Positions 38,176 to 52,406 of a stretch of 64,000 nucleotides of DNA are shown here, in pieces. The stretch's first letter is position 1, and every line of letters starts with the position of its first letter. Location of the stretch: NCBI GenBank assembly GCA_965153455.1, contig OZ234493.1, positions 20,946,213 through 21,010,212 of the forward strand, given 5' to 3'. The notes beneath the pieces are model-generated. The model saw only the letters and a list, made by a program, of their open reading frames with translations, did no database searches and was not told the origin of the DNA. The translations under genes were made by a program, and so were the position numbers. The stretch is from Sphagnum compactum. Its lineage: Eukaryota.

Positions 38176-41100
38176 TGTTACATTTGAGGCCAACAACAGA
38201 TGTTATGTTATTTATCCATCAAGGAAGGTAGTTTATTTCATTTTGTCATAATGACATCTCCTAAACCACGATGTTTTAGGTTATGCTACGGAACTTATCA
38301 TCAAAAGAAATTCAATGACTAAGGGTGCATCGACTTGGTTTAGAATGTTTGGAGCTATGGTGTGGAATCTATTGATTATTGAACCATTTTTTCATTGAAA
38401 GTTTTTTTAAAACCAATATTGAAAACTGTATTGGAAATTGGGGGCATTCTTGGTATTGTTGGAAAGCCTTCACCAAGCTTGATTTAATAATGAGACCTAA
38501 AATGTGAAAAATATTATTGAATTTTTAGTGGGTATTATTGTTGGAAATTCAAAAAAATTGCAAAAAGGGGTTTGGAAGGAAAATTCAATTGAATGCATTC
38601 AACTTGTTCCAATGACATACGGTAGATTAATGTTTAATTAGTTTTGGTCATAATTTTAAACAAATATTAAGATATAATGTATATAAAAATGAATAAACAT
38701 TAGAGTTGCACAATATTATTAATTATGAATCATTACTTATATGTTGTAATGATCTACATAGAAATAATAAATTACATGGGTATTGAACATAAACATGTTA
38801 TTACTAAAAATATATTTAGATTTTATAAAAACTTTGTTTTGAAATGAAATTTTAGTCCTTATATGCACAACAAACAACCATTCATTTATGTAAATAACAT
38901 TTACATGTAATTTTATGTTATCATAGTTTTAAATAAATATAAAAATATTATATGTATAGAATTAAAGTTGCCTACTAGTTGTTTAGCCTAGTTGAAAGAG
39001 ATAGTTGCAACAAAGTTACAAACAAAACTACATTTCATATATCCTTTAGTAAAGTTTATCATCCATATATGTGTGTTAATGGTGTCACAAATTTTTTTGA
39101 ACACTAGTCAATGTCTTGATTATGTGCCAATTAAAGAACTTTAGATGCCAAAATATTTTTAAAATGGCCCTTTAGTTGAAACATGTTTCACACTATTTAC
39201 CAACATAGTTGGGTGTTCAACTTAGAAACATTATTGATGCTAGGGATATTCAACAAATGATCACCTAGTTGAGAATTGCTTTCAAGTATGTACCAGTATA
39301 GTAGACAAGTCAATTTAATTGGTAATTTTCATAATTTTATTTTTTAAAATTTAAAATCCCGATTGAAACATAATTGCAAATGTCGTGTAGTTGAAAACTT
39401 TTGGTTAAAAAACGGTACTTTTATATAGTGCTTCCCCAACTTCAATGTAAACAAAATGTCACTAGTGGATAGTTCTAATCAAGGAGCTTGGTGAAAAGTA
39501 ACAATACTCAAACCCCACTTGACCACATGCTACACTACCGTACCATTACACCTAAAATGCCTATTGTTGCAAAATTTGATATCTTGACAAGACAATTCAA
39601 CACACCTTCATCCAAATAGATTGATGATAATTTTTTTCTAGGGTTTCACAATAGACTACCCAATAAGGTGAAGCACATTATGGTGATCCCCCTTTGGGGC
39701 ACTTTTGGGTCGATTGTTATAGTACATACAATATAATTGTTTCAAAAGCATGGTACATTAGTTGTCCACCTACCTATCGAACTTCAATTACCCACCTACT
39801 TAACATAAACTACCTATTTATTAATTAATTACAAATTATTTTGTATTAACTGATAATTAATAGTTCACATTTAGTATTTATAATTAATATTCAAGATTAT
39901 TCAATATATTAGTTATTTATTTATTTCTATATGAACTATTAATGAATTATTTATAATTAACTAATTAGTTAAATATTATTTCATTCATAATGATTAATGT
40001 AATGATATTTTAATTTTTAAAAAATATATTTAGTTAGAATTTTCATTATTATTTGAAAATAGTAGTAGTAATAATAATATATTTATTATTAATTAATTAA
40101 ATCGTATTTTAGACTATTTATTTGACTATTTAACAACCATTAATTTGAAATCTTATAATTAATCAACTAGTTAATTAGTTCATATTTATATATATATATT
40201 TGGCTAATTCATAACTAAAAAATGGGTTAATTAATTAATATTTCCTTAAATATTTTAGTATTTGATTTTTATTTTATGAGCTATTAATTAATAGTGTATA
40301 ATTATTATGTTAATTGGTTATTTAAACATGAATTTCTGATTATTTTATTTTATTATTATTTTATAACTAATAAGTAAATAAGTTACTTATTATTTAAATA
40401 ATAATAATTATTTGGTTAATATTTAATGATTTATTTTAAATTTTAAATTTTATCAACAAAAGCTTATAAGTAATAATTTGGTTAATTAGTTATTATTTCA
40501 ATGATTTATTTTTTAATAGATATGAAGTATGAATGAATATAATTTATAATTAAATTAATTTATTGATAATTATATCAATATCAATAAATTAATTTATCAA
40601 ATAATTGGTTAATTATTGATATACATAGTTACATAATTTACAAAATTAAGAAGGAAGAAAACAGATATGAAATAAACTTTTAGTTGCAATTAAGTCACAA
40701 CTTCAATTTTTATTCGATATGTTTTGAACTCCATTTCCATTTTGAAAATTATATAATGAAAAGGCTTTGTCCTACACTTTCACATAAAAACACATGTCGA
40801 TTAGGATGAGAAAATCAAAACATCTTAACCCTTTCAAAAGTTTAATTTTACAGGTTAAACCGATATGTATATATATATATACCTACCTACCTAGTCCCAC
40901 CCGTCTAAATGTTGATTTAAATTTATTTTGACCAAAATTCAAAAATGTCACGTGGCATATTGGTATTATGCCATGTGTCACAATCTAAACATTAAAAATA
41001 GATGATGAAGATCCACCATCTATTTTTTAAACTATTTTTTTCAAACCTTTTTCATTTTCCATGTGTCATTATGTAAGTTGCTAATTTTTATGGTAATATA

Positions 41101-42436
41101 TGGATGGCATACAATAGTATAGGGATGGTGAAGTATTTTTTGACCGTTGATTTCATCCACATTTGCAACTATTGTCTTATGTAACTAAATATTTTTTAGT
41201 AGCGAATGTCTTTTGCAACTAGAATATAGGTGCAATAGGTAGTTATTATTTTCCAATTCTTCTAGTGAAATAAACTATGGTTGCCCCATAACATTATGAA
41301 TGAAATACTAAAAAATAACCATTGGATTCACCCCATTATTTATGGTTATCCATGAACTATAATTGTCACATTAATGTGGAATTATGTGTATCGATGAAAA
41401 GTGAGTTCAATAACTTTACAAGAGCACATGCACATAGGTCACAATAGAATCAATGTGCAATTCCTAGTAGATACCAACACAAGGCTTGAACTCCCACAAA
41501 AGATGCCCCAAACATGGATGAAATTTGATCTTAGTTCAATGTATTTCCTCTTCTGAAGGTGCATGGTGTTTTTATTTCACTTTCAATTGCATCAAAAGTT
41601 TCCCAACATGGATGTCTTACAATGCAACTTCCAAAGGTCAACCATTTAAAATTTTCAATACCATATTATACAACCCCCTCTTGGCTACAAGGTCAAATGA
41701 TAACCTTGGCATGAAGATTGGTTATGATTTCCCTAGTCATGTAAATGATGTTATCGCCACTTCGTGCATTGCCATATATGGTGTAAAACAAAAGAAAAAT
41801 GCTAGGATACACATCAAAATTCTCAAACCATCTTTTTCAAAGTTCAACTACATAAAACCCACACAAGGAAAAGTATAAGACTTTATGCTTACATCGTGTA
41901 CTCAAAACCAAAAATTATGAACGTATGGATCCTCAAATTTTATTTTGTTTTCCATTCCAAATACATAGTACTACATTGAACGATATCAAAAGATGATAAT
42001 GAATGGGAGACATGTTTTAACCAGAGAGGCACCATCTTTCAAATGCTCCGAGAATTACAAAATGTTTTAAACCACCAAATCATGTTGCTCTTGACTACTA
42101 AAGGCAACCTTTTTCATTATGGGACCACCATCAAGATAATAGTATTGATAAGGACAACTTTCATTTTTTGCATTTAATAAATATTGGTCATGCTCCATTG
42201 TTCAACATTGTTTCTTATATGGAAATATTGTTCCTTGTATCCACATATATTATATAATATAAAAATCAAAGAATAAAAAACTTGTCGATGTGCTAGAAAC
42301 ATGAGTAGAAAAACTATTTTTTGCAACTTGTCTTACTCAATTACATGTGTCCCATGCAACTAGAAAATGTCACATTTTTTTGGTTGCAGACGACACATTT
42401 AGTTGCATATCATATTCAATCAAAAGTCCTTCATAT

Positions 42437-43050
42437 GGCAAAGTGGTTAATCTCACCTTCAAACTATCATCTATTTCCACAAATAATGTGGCCCAAAAGT
42501 TGTTCAAGAAAAGGTTATTTATTTGAAACCATGTTAATATAAAATGTTCAAGAAACATATATAATGGCATGAGGTATGAGCATAATGATTGGATTGAAAT
42601 AATCACCAAATTTGTGACTTAGTTTTTAACCTATTGTGGGATTTTTTTTCAATATATGAACTTTCAAATGGCAAGATCAACATTGTAATTAATTATGAAT
42701 TCAAATATGTTTTTAGTTTTTTTTTCCACATGCATTTCAATGACTAAATACATATCTCCTTGGGTGAATAGGTATTGTGGAAATGCAAGTGGCAATAAAG
42801 AAGCACAATGGTTCAAATAAATAATAGATGTAACCCAATGTTGGTATGGTGTTTTCATTATTAGTGACTACATCCCTTACTGAAGTGGATGGCCAAGCTT
42901 CAAGGGATTGACACCTCTTTGCAAAGCTTTACAAAATGAACTATCAAATTTCATTGCACAAATAATGGATGAACATAATAATTAAAATGTTTATGTTGAA
43001 AGGAATTTGCATTAAGTTGTATGCTTTTTTAAAATTATTCTATTATACAC
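42437..43050 (+). pseudogene. Internal P450 fragment (end of exon 1, intron 1, part of exon 2, part of intron 2)
   Basis: GKVVNLTFKLSSISTNN..QKLFKKR, intron, then YCG..KEAQWFK*I..YWYG-like sequence with frameshifts. Preceded by a diverged copy (41357-42410) of the 17525-18580 upstream region. Confidence 0.88.
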
Positions 43051-44980
43051 CACCTTGAAAATTAATGTAATAAATGTAAACCTATTTGTCAACTTGCAAC
43101 ACAAATATGGATAGGATCTCATCTATCAACTTTCAACCAATATTTTATTAAGGTAACAAAACACCTTGTGCACAATGCCACATCCGTCATGTTTACATTC
43201 AAATCATTTACTATCATTTTTCATGCGAGATAATAAGCCATGAAAACAATGAGTAATTAGTCCCATACGATCCTAACAATAAAACTTTCATCACAAAAAC
43301 AAAAATGTCTAATTTAAATGAAGTTTTAGCAATGGATAATTAGAATTGCCATATGGGGGATTTTTTAGAATCCTTCATATGGTCATCCATGGACCATTCC
43401 AAATACAATTTCAGAAATAACTAACTCATTTTCAAGCCTAATTACTTCAATTTTTTCTTAATAATTACTTCCATTTCCTATTAACTTTCCTAGTGATTAT
43501 CTCCCATCTTTCTTAATAACTATCCCATTTTATAATTATTCCACTCTTTTTCCCTATCCACCAACACGGACATGAAAAAAATATAAACGTGTGTCTTTTT
43601 AATTTAAATTTAAATTAACATTGACATAAATAATGATGAGTTATTGAAAACCATATGAAAAATAAGAAAATAATTAAATAATTGATCGTCATTGGTAGTG
43701 CTCAAATATTGACAAACGTATTACATAAATTTGAAAGCAAAATATGTCAATTTTTGGTCTTATTTAATATGCTTTAAGAATACTTGAAATGCATTGTTGA
43801 TTTGGTGCATTTGTTTAAATGCAATCAATTTGGAGAACCGTAAAATGTTGTACTTTCCTTAAGTTGGAGGTGCATGAAATGCATATGAATACATTATGTT
43901 AAAGTTTTAAAAGTTGTTTGGAATTTGGTTCAACATGGTAATTTTAATGTCACCACCATGGAAAAGTTGGCATAAAGATTTGTTAAAACTTGAAAGCAAT
44001 TTTTAAATGATGTAAGTGAAAGTGTTGAAGCTTACATTGGATATTATATGAATAGTTTTTCTAGTATCTAGTTCTACATTGAATGTTTTTGCTTGACAAA
44101 TTAATGAATATCTATTTTATAATAATAATTTTTTAAACTTGTCGTATTTTATCAATCTACCATTATGTATGGATCGATTCACATAACTTTAGGAATGTTT
44201 TTTCATATCAATAACTAATGTGCGTTTTTAGCCCATTAATCCACTATCGAGAATAAAAATGATTATTTCAACATACACGGTTGGTTCTTTGGACCATGTT
44301 TATGAGAGAATTGTAACATATAATAAAAGTGAAAGAATTAACGAAGCATATAATTAAAAATTAACAATACAAATACAAGTGGCTTCTAACATGCAATTAT
44401 TTATAGATAATCACTTATATTTCAAAATTACTTAAATCAACTTTGAAATTTTCATTTTGTAAAGGTTACAATTAATCAAATAAATAAATATTTTGTTTCC
44501 ATAGTAGATCACTACAATCAAAAGAAAAGTATCCAAGTGTTAGTCCTTGTGATATATGTAAAATATATTCATGCGACTATTTGAGAGGTGTTATTGCTAT
44601 TTAAATGACTAAAATTTGAACCAAATTGTATTTTTAAAAATTTGGTTATTCATCTCCATGGAGACTATATTGCATGAATACAAAATGAGATCCTATCTTA
44701 TTCTTGCAATATAATGGATCCCTAAAAGAATTCGTCTCTTCCATTTATTATACTAGCATGGTTGCATAAATAAATATGTTGTAAAATTTGGATCATCTCG
44801 TAATTGAAGTGATTTAGGAGACATGGTGTTTATCTTGTTTGTATGTGATATATACACAAATCAACTTCACTTCATAAAAGGTTCATTTATTATGTTTAAG
44901 TTTTTTTTAATTTTCACGAATATGCATGGAAATTTACGGTGTTCTAGATATGTCAATGGCATTTTTTGTTCGAATGGTGG

Positions 44981-45553
44981 GGGTCAGCAAGGTAAAGTAG
45001 ACAAAAAAAGATCGTTTGCGAAAAATCCAATAAAAAATGAAATAGTTTTTTATATGGAGACAAAAAAGTATATTCAAAATATTTTGAAGTAGAAATATGA
45101 AAAAATAGGTCACTACATTTAGTTGAGTACAAAATTTGAACATCTTTGGTATCATAAAAGTAGGGTGAAAGTACGTTTGAAACTAATTGGGTCAATATAG
45201 TGTTCAAACCTATTTCATATATTAATGTATCAATACATGCATAATTTAACAATGCAAAAGTATCTTTTAAGGCCCATTAACTTGATTTAAAAAAAAAATG
45301 AATGTTTCATCTACACATAATCCATTTTGTAAAATTGCACATCTTTTGCAAATAGATGCATTTAAAAAATTATATTTAAGTCTACTTTCAAAATGGAGTT
45401 TTTCAACATTTTAATTAAAAAATGAAAGATTTTCATCATGTTAATTATTGTACAAAATAAAATTTCTACTTTTAATACATTAAAAAAAATCATGGCTACG
45501 TGTAATTTGTTTTGACATAGAAAAGTGAGCCGTCTACTTTACTTTGCTTGCAC
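44981..45553. mobile_element. MITE with GGTAAAGTAGAC-containing TIRs
   Basis: Left GGGTCAGCAAGGTAAAGTAGAC; right (rc) GTGCAAGCAAAGTAAAGTAGAC. ATGG(TG) is repeated on both sides. The element is absent from the inverted paralog near 34760-34795. Confidence 0.7.
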
Positions 45554-46173
45554 ATGGTGTCAATGATGCATTATGATTGTGTAGCAAGCCAAAAACGAAT
45601 TGAACTCATCATTTTGAAACATAACTTGGTTCAAATCAATATTTTATATGTCAACAAAAACTTTGATGTTGGAATTTCAATAACTTGTTATTATTTTCTA
45701 AAATTGTATAATAACAAGTTTGTTGAACTTTGAAAAACTCTCTTTGTCAATATGACATCAAGATTTGTAGAGAACTACATATGATTTTTAGAAATCAAAT
45801 TTAGAGAAAAATATTGTTAACTTCAATAATCTTTCGACCATCAAAGAAATCTTGTCCAAACCTTGTAAATCGTTTAATGATTATAAACTAAAAAATGGAA
45901 TTTCTTTTATAACTAAGGATGTTTGTTATAACTTGATTAAAGAGAGATTGAATAAAAAACATCAACAAGAGATGTTAACATGTACCAACGCTATTGTAAT
46001 AAACAAATGAATTGGTCATCAAAGTTTTGTATTTATGTTTTACATCACATCATCAACTATGATTTGTTGTTCTTCATTCATATCCCAAAGTAATTTTTTA
46101 AATTTATATTTAGGTGAAACATGATCTTGCACAACACAATCATTTGAAGTATGAATGGTAAAATCACCTAATT

Positions 46174-46787
46174 GGGCAAATCATGGTAAAGTAGACAATT
46201 GGTGATCCTTGTCACAAAAAATGAGAAGTAAACATAAGTAGGCTTTGACATATTGAAAATATAAATATTATTCTATTCATTGATTAGTATAAGAATATTT
46301 TTTCATTTTATTATAATAAATTTCAAGAATCACATTTCTAATATGCATCTAAATAGATTTCAAGAACATGAATATACTTTACACACATGTTTGGGTTTTA
46401 CCAAATCTGTTGCAAGTAGATGAAAGTATATCACATATTGATTTTTTTTCTACTTTCAAGTTAATAGAGATTTAAACTATGCTTATGTGTTCTCAAATTG
46501 CACATATTATAGTCACAATATATCAAAAATATATATGTAAAAAATATTTTGAGCACCATATTGATTAGTTAGTTTCAAAGCTACTTGTTACCTACTTTTA
46601 ATTGTACAAAAGTTATTGAAATTTTGTAATCAACTTATCGCAAACCTAATGAAGGTCATGATGGTTTTATGTTTTTAATTACAAAAAAATTTATTCACTT
46701 TTTTATACATAAGTCAAAAACTGCCTCAATTACAGATTGGATTTTAAGTAGACTATTTTTTTGGTCTACTTTACCATGTTTTTGCCC
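46174..46787. mobile_element. MITE with GGG termini and 4-bp AATT TSD (Sola-like)
   Basis: Left GGGCAAATCATGGTAAAGTAGAC; right (rc) GGGCAAAAACATGGTAAAGTAGAC. AATT at 46170-46173 and 46788-46791. Confidence 0.78.
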
Positions 46788-49700
46788 AATTGTGGTGTAA
46801 CATTATATTTAAAATTGATAGTGTGAAGTTCAATGCATATGGAATTAATTTTTTTAAAGAGGTGATCATGAATGAATATTGAGGTACATAATTTAGAAAT
46901 TTATCCTCAATATGTTGAAAATTCATTTATGTTTGCTAATTCATGTGCTTCTATTTCTACTATATCTATCCAATTCCTTGTATATCCATTACAAGAGGAA
47001 TACTACATGGTGAAATGATCTTTTTATAAAAAAACTTCATTTTGTATAACATGAGTATTTCCCATTCCAATAATTTGCAAAGATTTCGATATTCATTACA
47101 ATGAACATAATGAAATTTATGAAAAAAAATCATTTTGATTCTTTGTGTAAGTTATTATATTGGCAATGAATTTAATCAAACTAATAGCATTATGAGTTGT
47201 GGATCATGATTGCAACCAATAACCACATGATCTAATGGTTTGATGTGATAATCGTTACAATTCAAATCATATAATTGATTAGTACAAAGACAATGCCCCA
47301 AGAAATTGGGATTTATGATCACTTTGAAAATGCCGATGGGTTCAATTCATCATTAGGCCAAACGTGAAAGGTTATTCTTGAAGTGATAATTCATTGACTA
47401 TTATTAACATTAATTTGATTTTCTTCACTCATAAGTGGTAGTTCTAGATTCAATATCAATCTCAATTATAAGATTGGATCTCAATTACCATTAAGGTTCT
47501 CCAATAATTCCTTCCATTATTAACTTGTAACTAATGTACGGGTTCGTATAGGAATAATGACTCCTATAATGAAGGTGGCTCCTCTCATAATGGTGAGAAC
47601 GTGCCTCATACAATGATGGTGGAACCACCATATATAGGAACTTCATCTTGTAACTATTATAAAATGATATAAATTATACTAGGTAACCACCATTAACACT
47701 ACAATTCCCTTTAGCATTTATTTTTTCAATAATGCGAAATATTTTATCTTTAAACAAATAAGGTTTGTATCAAACAATAAAAGATCATATAGGCATTCAA
47801 AATTCCCAATCAATTTCATAAATTTGATAAGGTTTTCAAGTTTTGGAATACGTTTAATGTTCATAATGTAAACAATCTTATCTTTTTACTTATTTGTATG
47901 TTTGATTTTTTATTCTATATCAATCAAACTATGATATATGAAGTGCCTATGTATACTAGTTTTCATTTGTTGGGTTTAAATATCGAATAATTTATTTTTA
48001 TCTTTTACACCTTGTTGTATAATTTTTTCATGTAGAATATAAAGTTTCATTTCCCCCATAATGTTATTTGTGTATTTTCATCATAAAGAAGCATTAAAAA
48101 AATACAATTGATTGATATTCAATATCAAATTTGGATGATGGGTTAATTCATGCTTTCAATAAATAAAAATAATCAATACGAAAATTCCTACCATTGAACC
48201 ATTTTTTCCTTTTATGGAAACAAAAATGACATGGATAAAAATCATCCAATGTTTAAAACTTGCAAGGCCAATGATGTCATTAATTTCCACTTCCATGTAT
48301 TGGTCACTTTGCACGTTTTGCATTTGATTTATTTCTAAGATTTTACTATTGTTGTTTTTTCTTTCCCTCATTGTTATCATTTGTTTTTAGGGTCATTTCC
48401 CCTTGTTATTTTCATTTAAAAAAAATTTTTACTCCAAACAAGTCTATAATATTAAACAAAATTGATTTCCACAAAACAAGAAAACCAGTTATTAATTGTT
48501 TTCACGGTTGATGAATCCTACGTTAGGAAACTCAAGAAATTATGAATAAATGAAACATCTTTATAATTAATCGTTTAAGAAAATTGGAACTGGGTGTAGT
48601 CACAATCCAATGAGCCAAAAAGGGCATTAAACCATAAAGAAAGAAAATCAAAATTAGAGAAATATTTATGTTTTATTACTTAAAACCATTTAAATTAAGT
48701 TGTTGTTTTTTCATTCATATGAATTTCAATTAAGGAATTCAAACCAAAAAGCCATTTGATGAAATTTTCAATTTAAGTTTTGATTTAGGACCTTTGAAAG
48801 TGAACCCCTATTGCATTAGAAGGATTTGCAAAGGATTATCAAAAGGATTCATATAACAAAAACATTTTGACGTGAAACAAATTAGAGAATAAAGACTTAT
48901 TAGCCATATTGAAAAAATAAATCATACCCTAAAATATGTGGAATTCTAAAACTTTAAATTCAAAGATCTTTCCAAAATTGATCCAAAATTTTAAAACTTT
49001 GAAAGCCTTTTATTACATATAAATGAGGTATAACCTACATGATGCATTAAGAAAAGTTGTAGCTTATTATATAAAAAAACATAAAAATGTAAGCAATAAA
49101 GTTTTGGTTATGTTTTGAAATTGTTATCATTTTTATAAATAGAACACTAAATTTACAAGGAATCAGGACACTTTAACGAATTCATACTTATTTGAAAATG
49201 ATAAAAAACATGTCATGTACTAGGACAACTATAAACATTTATTATAAAAAATTATATAATAAAATTTGATCCAAAATTCATTCGTATGAAGAACAAATTT
49301 GGGAAAAAGGACATGTAGTCCTTTTCTAAAATAGTCACATTGGCTCATTGTATTTCATTTGCACCCAACTTTTCAAGTTGAGACAATGTTTTTGGAAGAT
49401 TGTGTTTAATTTATGTTTGTAATCATATGTTCTTTAAAACTATGTTAATAAAAATTTCTTAAAATATTACTTTTTTTTGGATGAAAATGAATCATGAATC
49501 AAATAACCCATATTGGTTTAATCACGCTTGACAACTTAATGGCTACTTATAACGTACCAATACAAGATAATCTTGCCAAAACCTTTATCATAATAATGTT
49601 AATTCTATAAATTGTAATGTTTTTATTCATTGCAAATATACATGACCTTATTGAAAGTGGTGTAATAGCATTCTATTAGGCCATCATTAATAAAAACATT

Positions 49701-50234
49701 CCTGATTTTCAACTTCCCCACTCCATTTCAAGCACAAAATGAACGAAAGGAATAATTCCTAGATGTTAAAATGCATTGATGTCTTCGAAATTCAACATAC
49801 GTATATGTGCACATAAGGTTTTTGACTAAACAAGGTTTGTAACCAACATTTAAGTGCATTAATGTGATTTGAAATTGTACTATTATCAAATATAGTAGCA
49901 AGATAATGCAATGTGTTTGACTTATTGTGGCACAAAATTCTAACCACATTGAATAATTTTCTATAATTAAACTGTACCAAATGCAATTAGGTCCTCCAAA
50001 GTGGAGCCACATAGAGAATTATATCTATTCTATACACTATTGGTTATGCGTTAATCAATAAAATGATGTGAATTTTGTGTATTGCAAAATTCTCAATTTA
50101 AGTTTTCACATTGTAAAGATCATAATTTAATCAAAACAAATGCAATACAAGTGTAGTAATATTTTAAAATTTAAGAGGACTTAACTTTCATGTCAAGTAT
50201 AATTGTACATGAATTAATATACTTGGGGATGGAA

Positions 50235-52406
50235 TCAGTCATAAAAGTGAGCTTGCAACCTAGGATGTGCCACTACACACAATGACTTTGTTTTCTTTAA
50301 AGTGAGACCAAATGTTTCAGACATGTCAATGGGTTCTTGTTCCACATTTGGAATTGACCAATCAAAGCTTTGTAAGAGTCGTGCTAACAGGATTTGAACA
50401 AATGTGAATGCTAATGCACGGCCTGGACATGCTCGTTTTCCAGTACCAAATGGTAAGAGTTCAAAATGTCGACCTTGCACATCAATGTCATGGTATTGCA
50501 TGAAGCGATTTGGGTCAAATTGCAATGGCTTTTCCCACGTATTAGGATCTCGTCCCATTGCCCATACATTCACCAATATTCGAGTGTTGGGAGGTAGACT
50601 GTAACCTCGTACTTGGGAAGGTTCAATAGAACAATGAGGAATCAAAAAAGGAGCAGGAGGATGGATGCGAAAGTTTTCTTTCAATATAGCTTTCAAGTAA
50701 GGGAGATTTTGAAGATCGGATTCTTCAACCAATCGATTTGTCCCCACTATATTATCCAATTCTACTTGGGCACATTTCATAATCTTAGGTTGTTGTAAAA
50801 GTTCTGCCATCACCCACTCCAATGTCACAGTAGATGTATCTACAAGCAAAAAACATATGTCAGTTTGGACACTAAATAATTATGAAAAATAATCATGAAT
50901 TTTGTAAAAATAATAATTTCATATTTATTTTTATTTTAAAAAATAAATAAGGAACATTTTTAAAGGAATATAATAGTGATATTGTAATTGAACGTACCAG
51001 TTCCTGCTATAAGCATGTCCTGCACATACACATCACAAATATAAACACAATTGTTATGAACATTTTGGTGTACAATAAAATATTTTTAAATAAATAAAAG
51101 TCATAAAACTAAATTTGCAAATTCTTCTAAACATAAATAATCCACTATTATAAAAATAACCGTGACGTTCACCATTGCCATGTTCCACTCACCATGATAA
51201 CACCTTGAATTGTATCATTAGTTAAATGTCCAATACCATCTTCTTGAGGCATAGTGAAAAGAACATCCACGAAATCTTTAGGCACATCCTCAATATTTGA
51301 ATTTGGAGTAGATGGTGTTGTTCTATGTTCATCCATTATTTTTGTAACAAAGTTTGACATTTGGTTCCGTAATGCTTGCAAAGAGGTGTCAATCCCTTGA
51401 AGCTTAGTCACCCACCTCAAGTAAGGGATGTAGTCACTAATAATAAAAGCACCATACCAATATTGCATTGCATCAATTGTTTCCTTGAACCATTGTGTAT
51501 TTTGATTGTCACTCCCAATTCCGCAATACCTGTTCACCCAAGAAGATGGATACTTAAACATTGAAATACATGTGGGCAAAAAAACTAAGATGTATTTGAA
51601 CTTGTAATTTATCACAATGTTGAGCTGGCCATTTGAAAATTTGTACATTGAAAAACATTACGTCCTAAGATAACTTAGAAACTAAATCACATAATTTGGT
51701 GATTATTTGAATCCAATCACATGTGCTTATAACTTATGCCAATATATATGTTTATTGAACATCTTATATTGATACGGTTTCAAGTAAATCACCTTTTCCT
51801 GAACAACATTTGGGTCATATGGTTTGTGGAGATTGATGATAATTTGAGGGTGAGATCCACCACTTTGCCCTCATTGGCTTCCTTGTAGATGTCTGTGATT
51901 GTCTCCCGAATCTCCTTTGTTCTCATAGGTTGGAACGATTGTATCCTTTTGAACGTGAAAAGCTCATTCGTGCATATCTTTTTGATGTGCCGCAAAGCAG
52001 GGCCAGACATCACTCCCATGCTCAAATTTTTGTGCAAAATTTTGAATGCAAGTGAAGATGGACGATATTGAAACACATGATCTTGGGTTTTCAAAAATTC
52101 CTCAGCCATTGTAGGAGAAGATACCACCACAGTGTCGATGGAACCAAGTTGAAGGTGCATAAGAGGTCCATAACTTTCAGCCCAACGTGTTAATGTTAGG
52201 TGTGGATGCTTTCCCAACATCAACAAATTGCCCATGATAGGCCATGGCCATGGACCTGGAGGTAAGCGACGAAATTTCCTAGAAAACCTTGTATGCAAAG
52301 TTGCAACCAAGAATATGGAAAACACAATTACAATAAATAGCCCCACATTTTTTCCCAGTGTTTCTTGGTGCACAATTTGAAACCTTGACTTGTCCATCTT
52401 GCTCAT
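50235..52406 (-). CDS. Cytochrome P450, CYP71 clan, intact recent duplicate, 525 aa
   Basis: Exons 52406-51793, 51529-51193, 51019-50998 (22 nt) and 50839-50235. All P450 motifs intact. I count 10 amino-acid differences from the 27872-30043 copy. Confidence 0.93.

Noticed and set aside
17333-41267. CACTAG at 17333 and CTAGTG at 41262-41267 as ends of one CACTA element
   Set aside because: Similarity stops after about 6 bp and the 3-bp flanks do not match.
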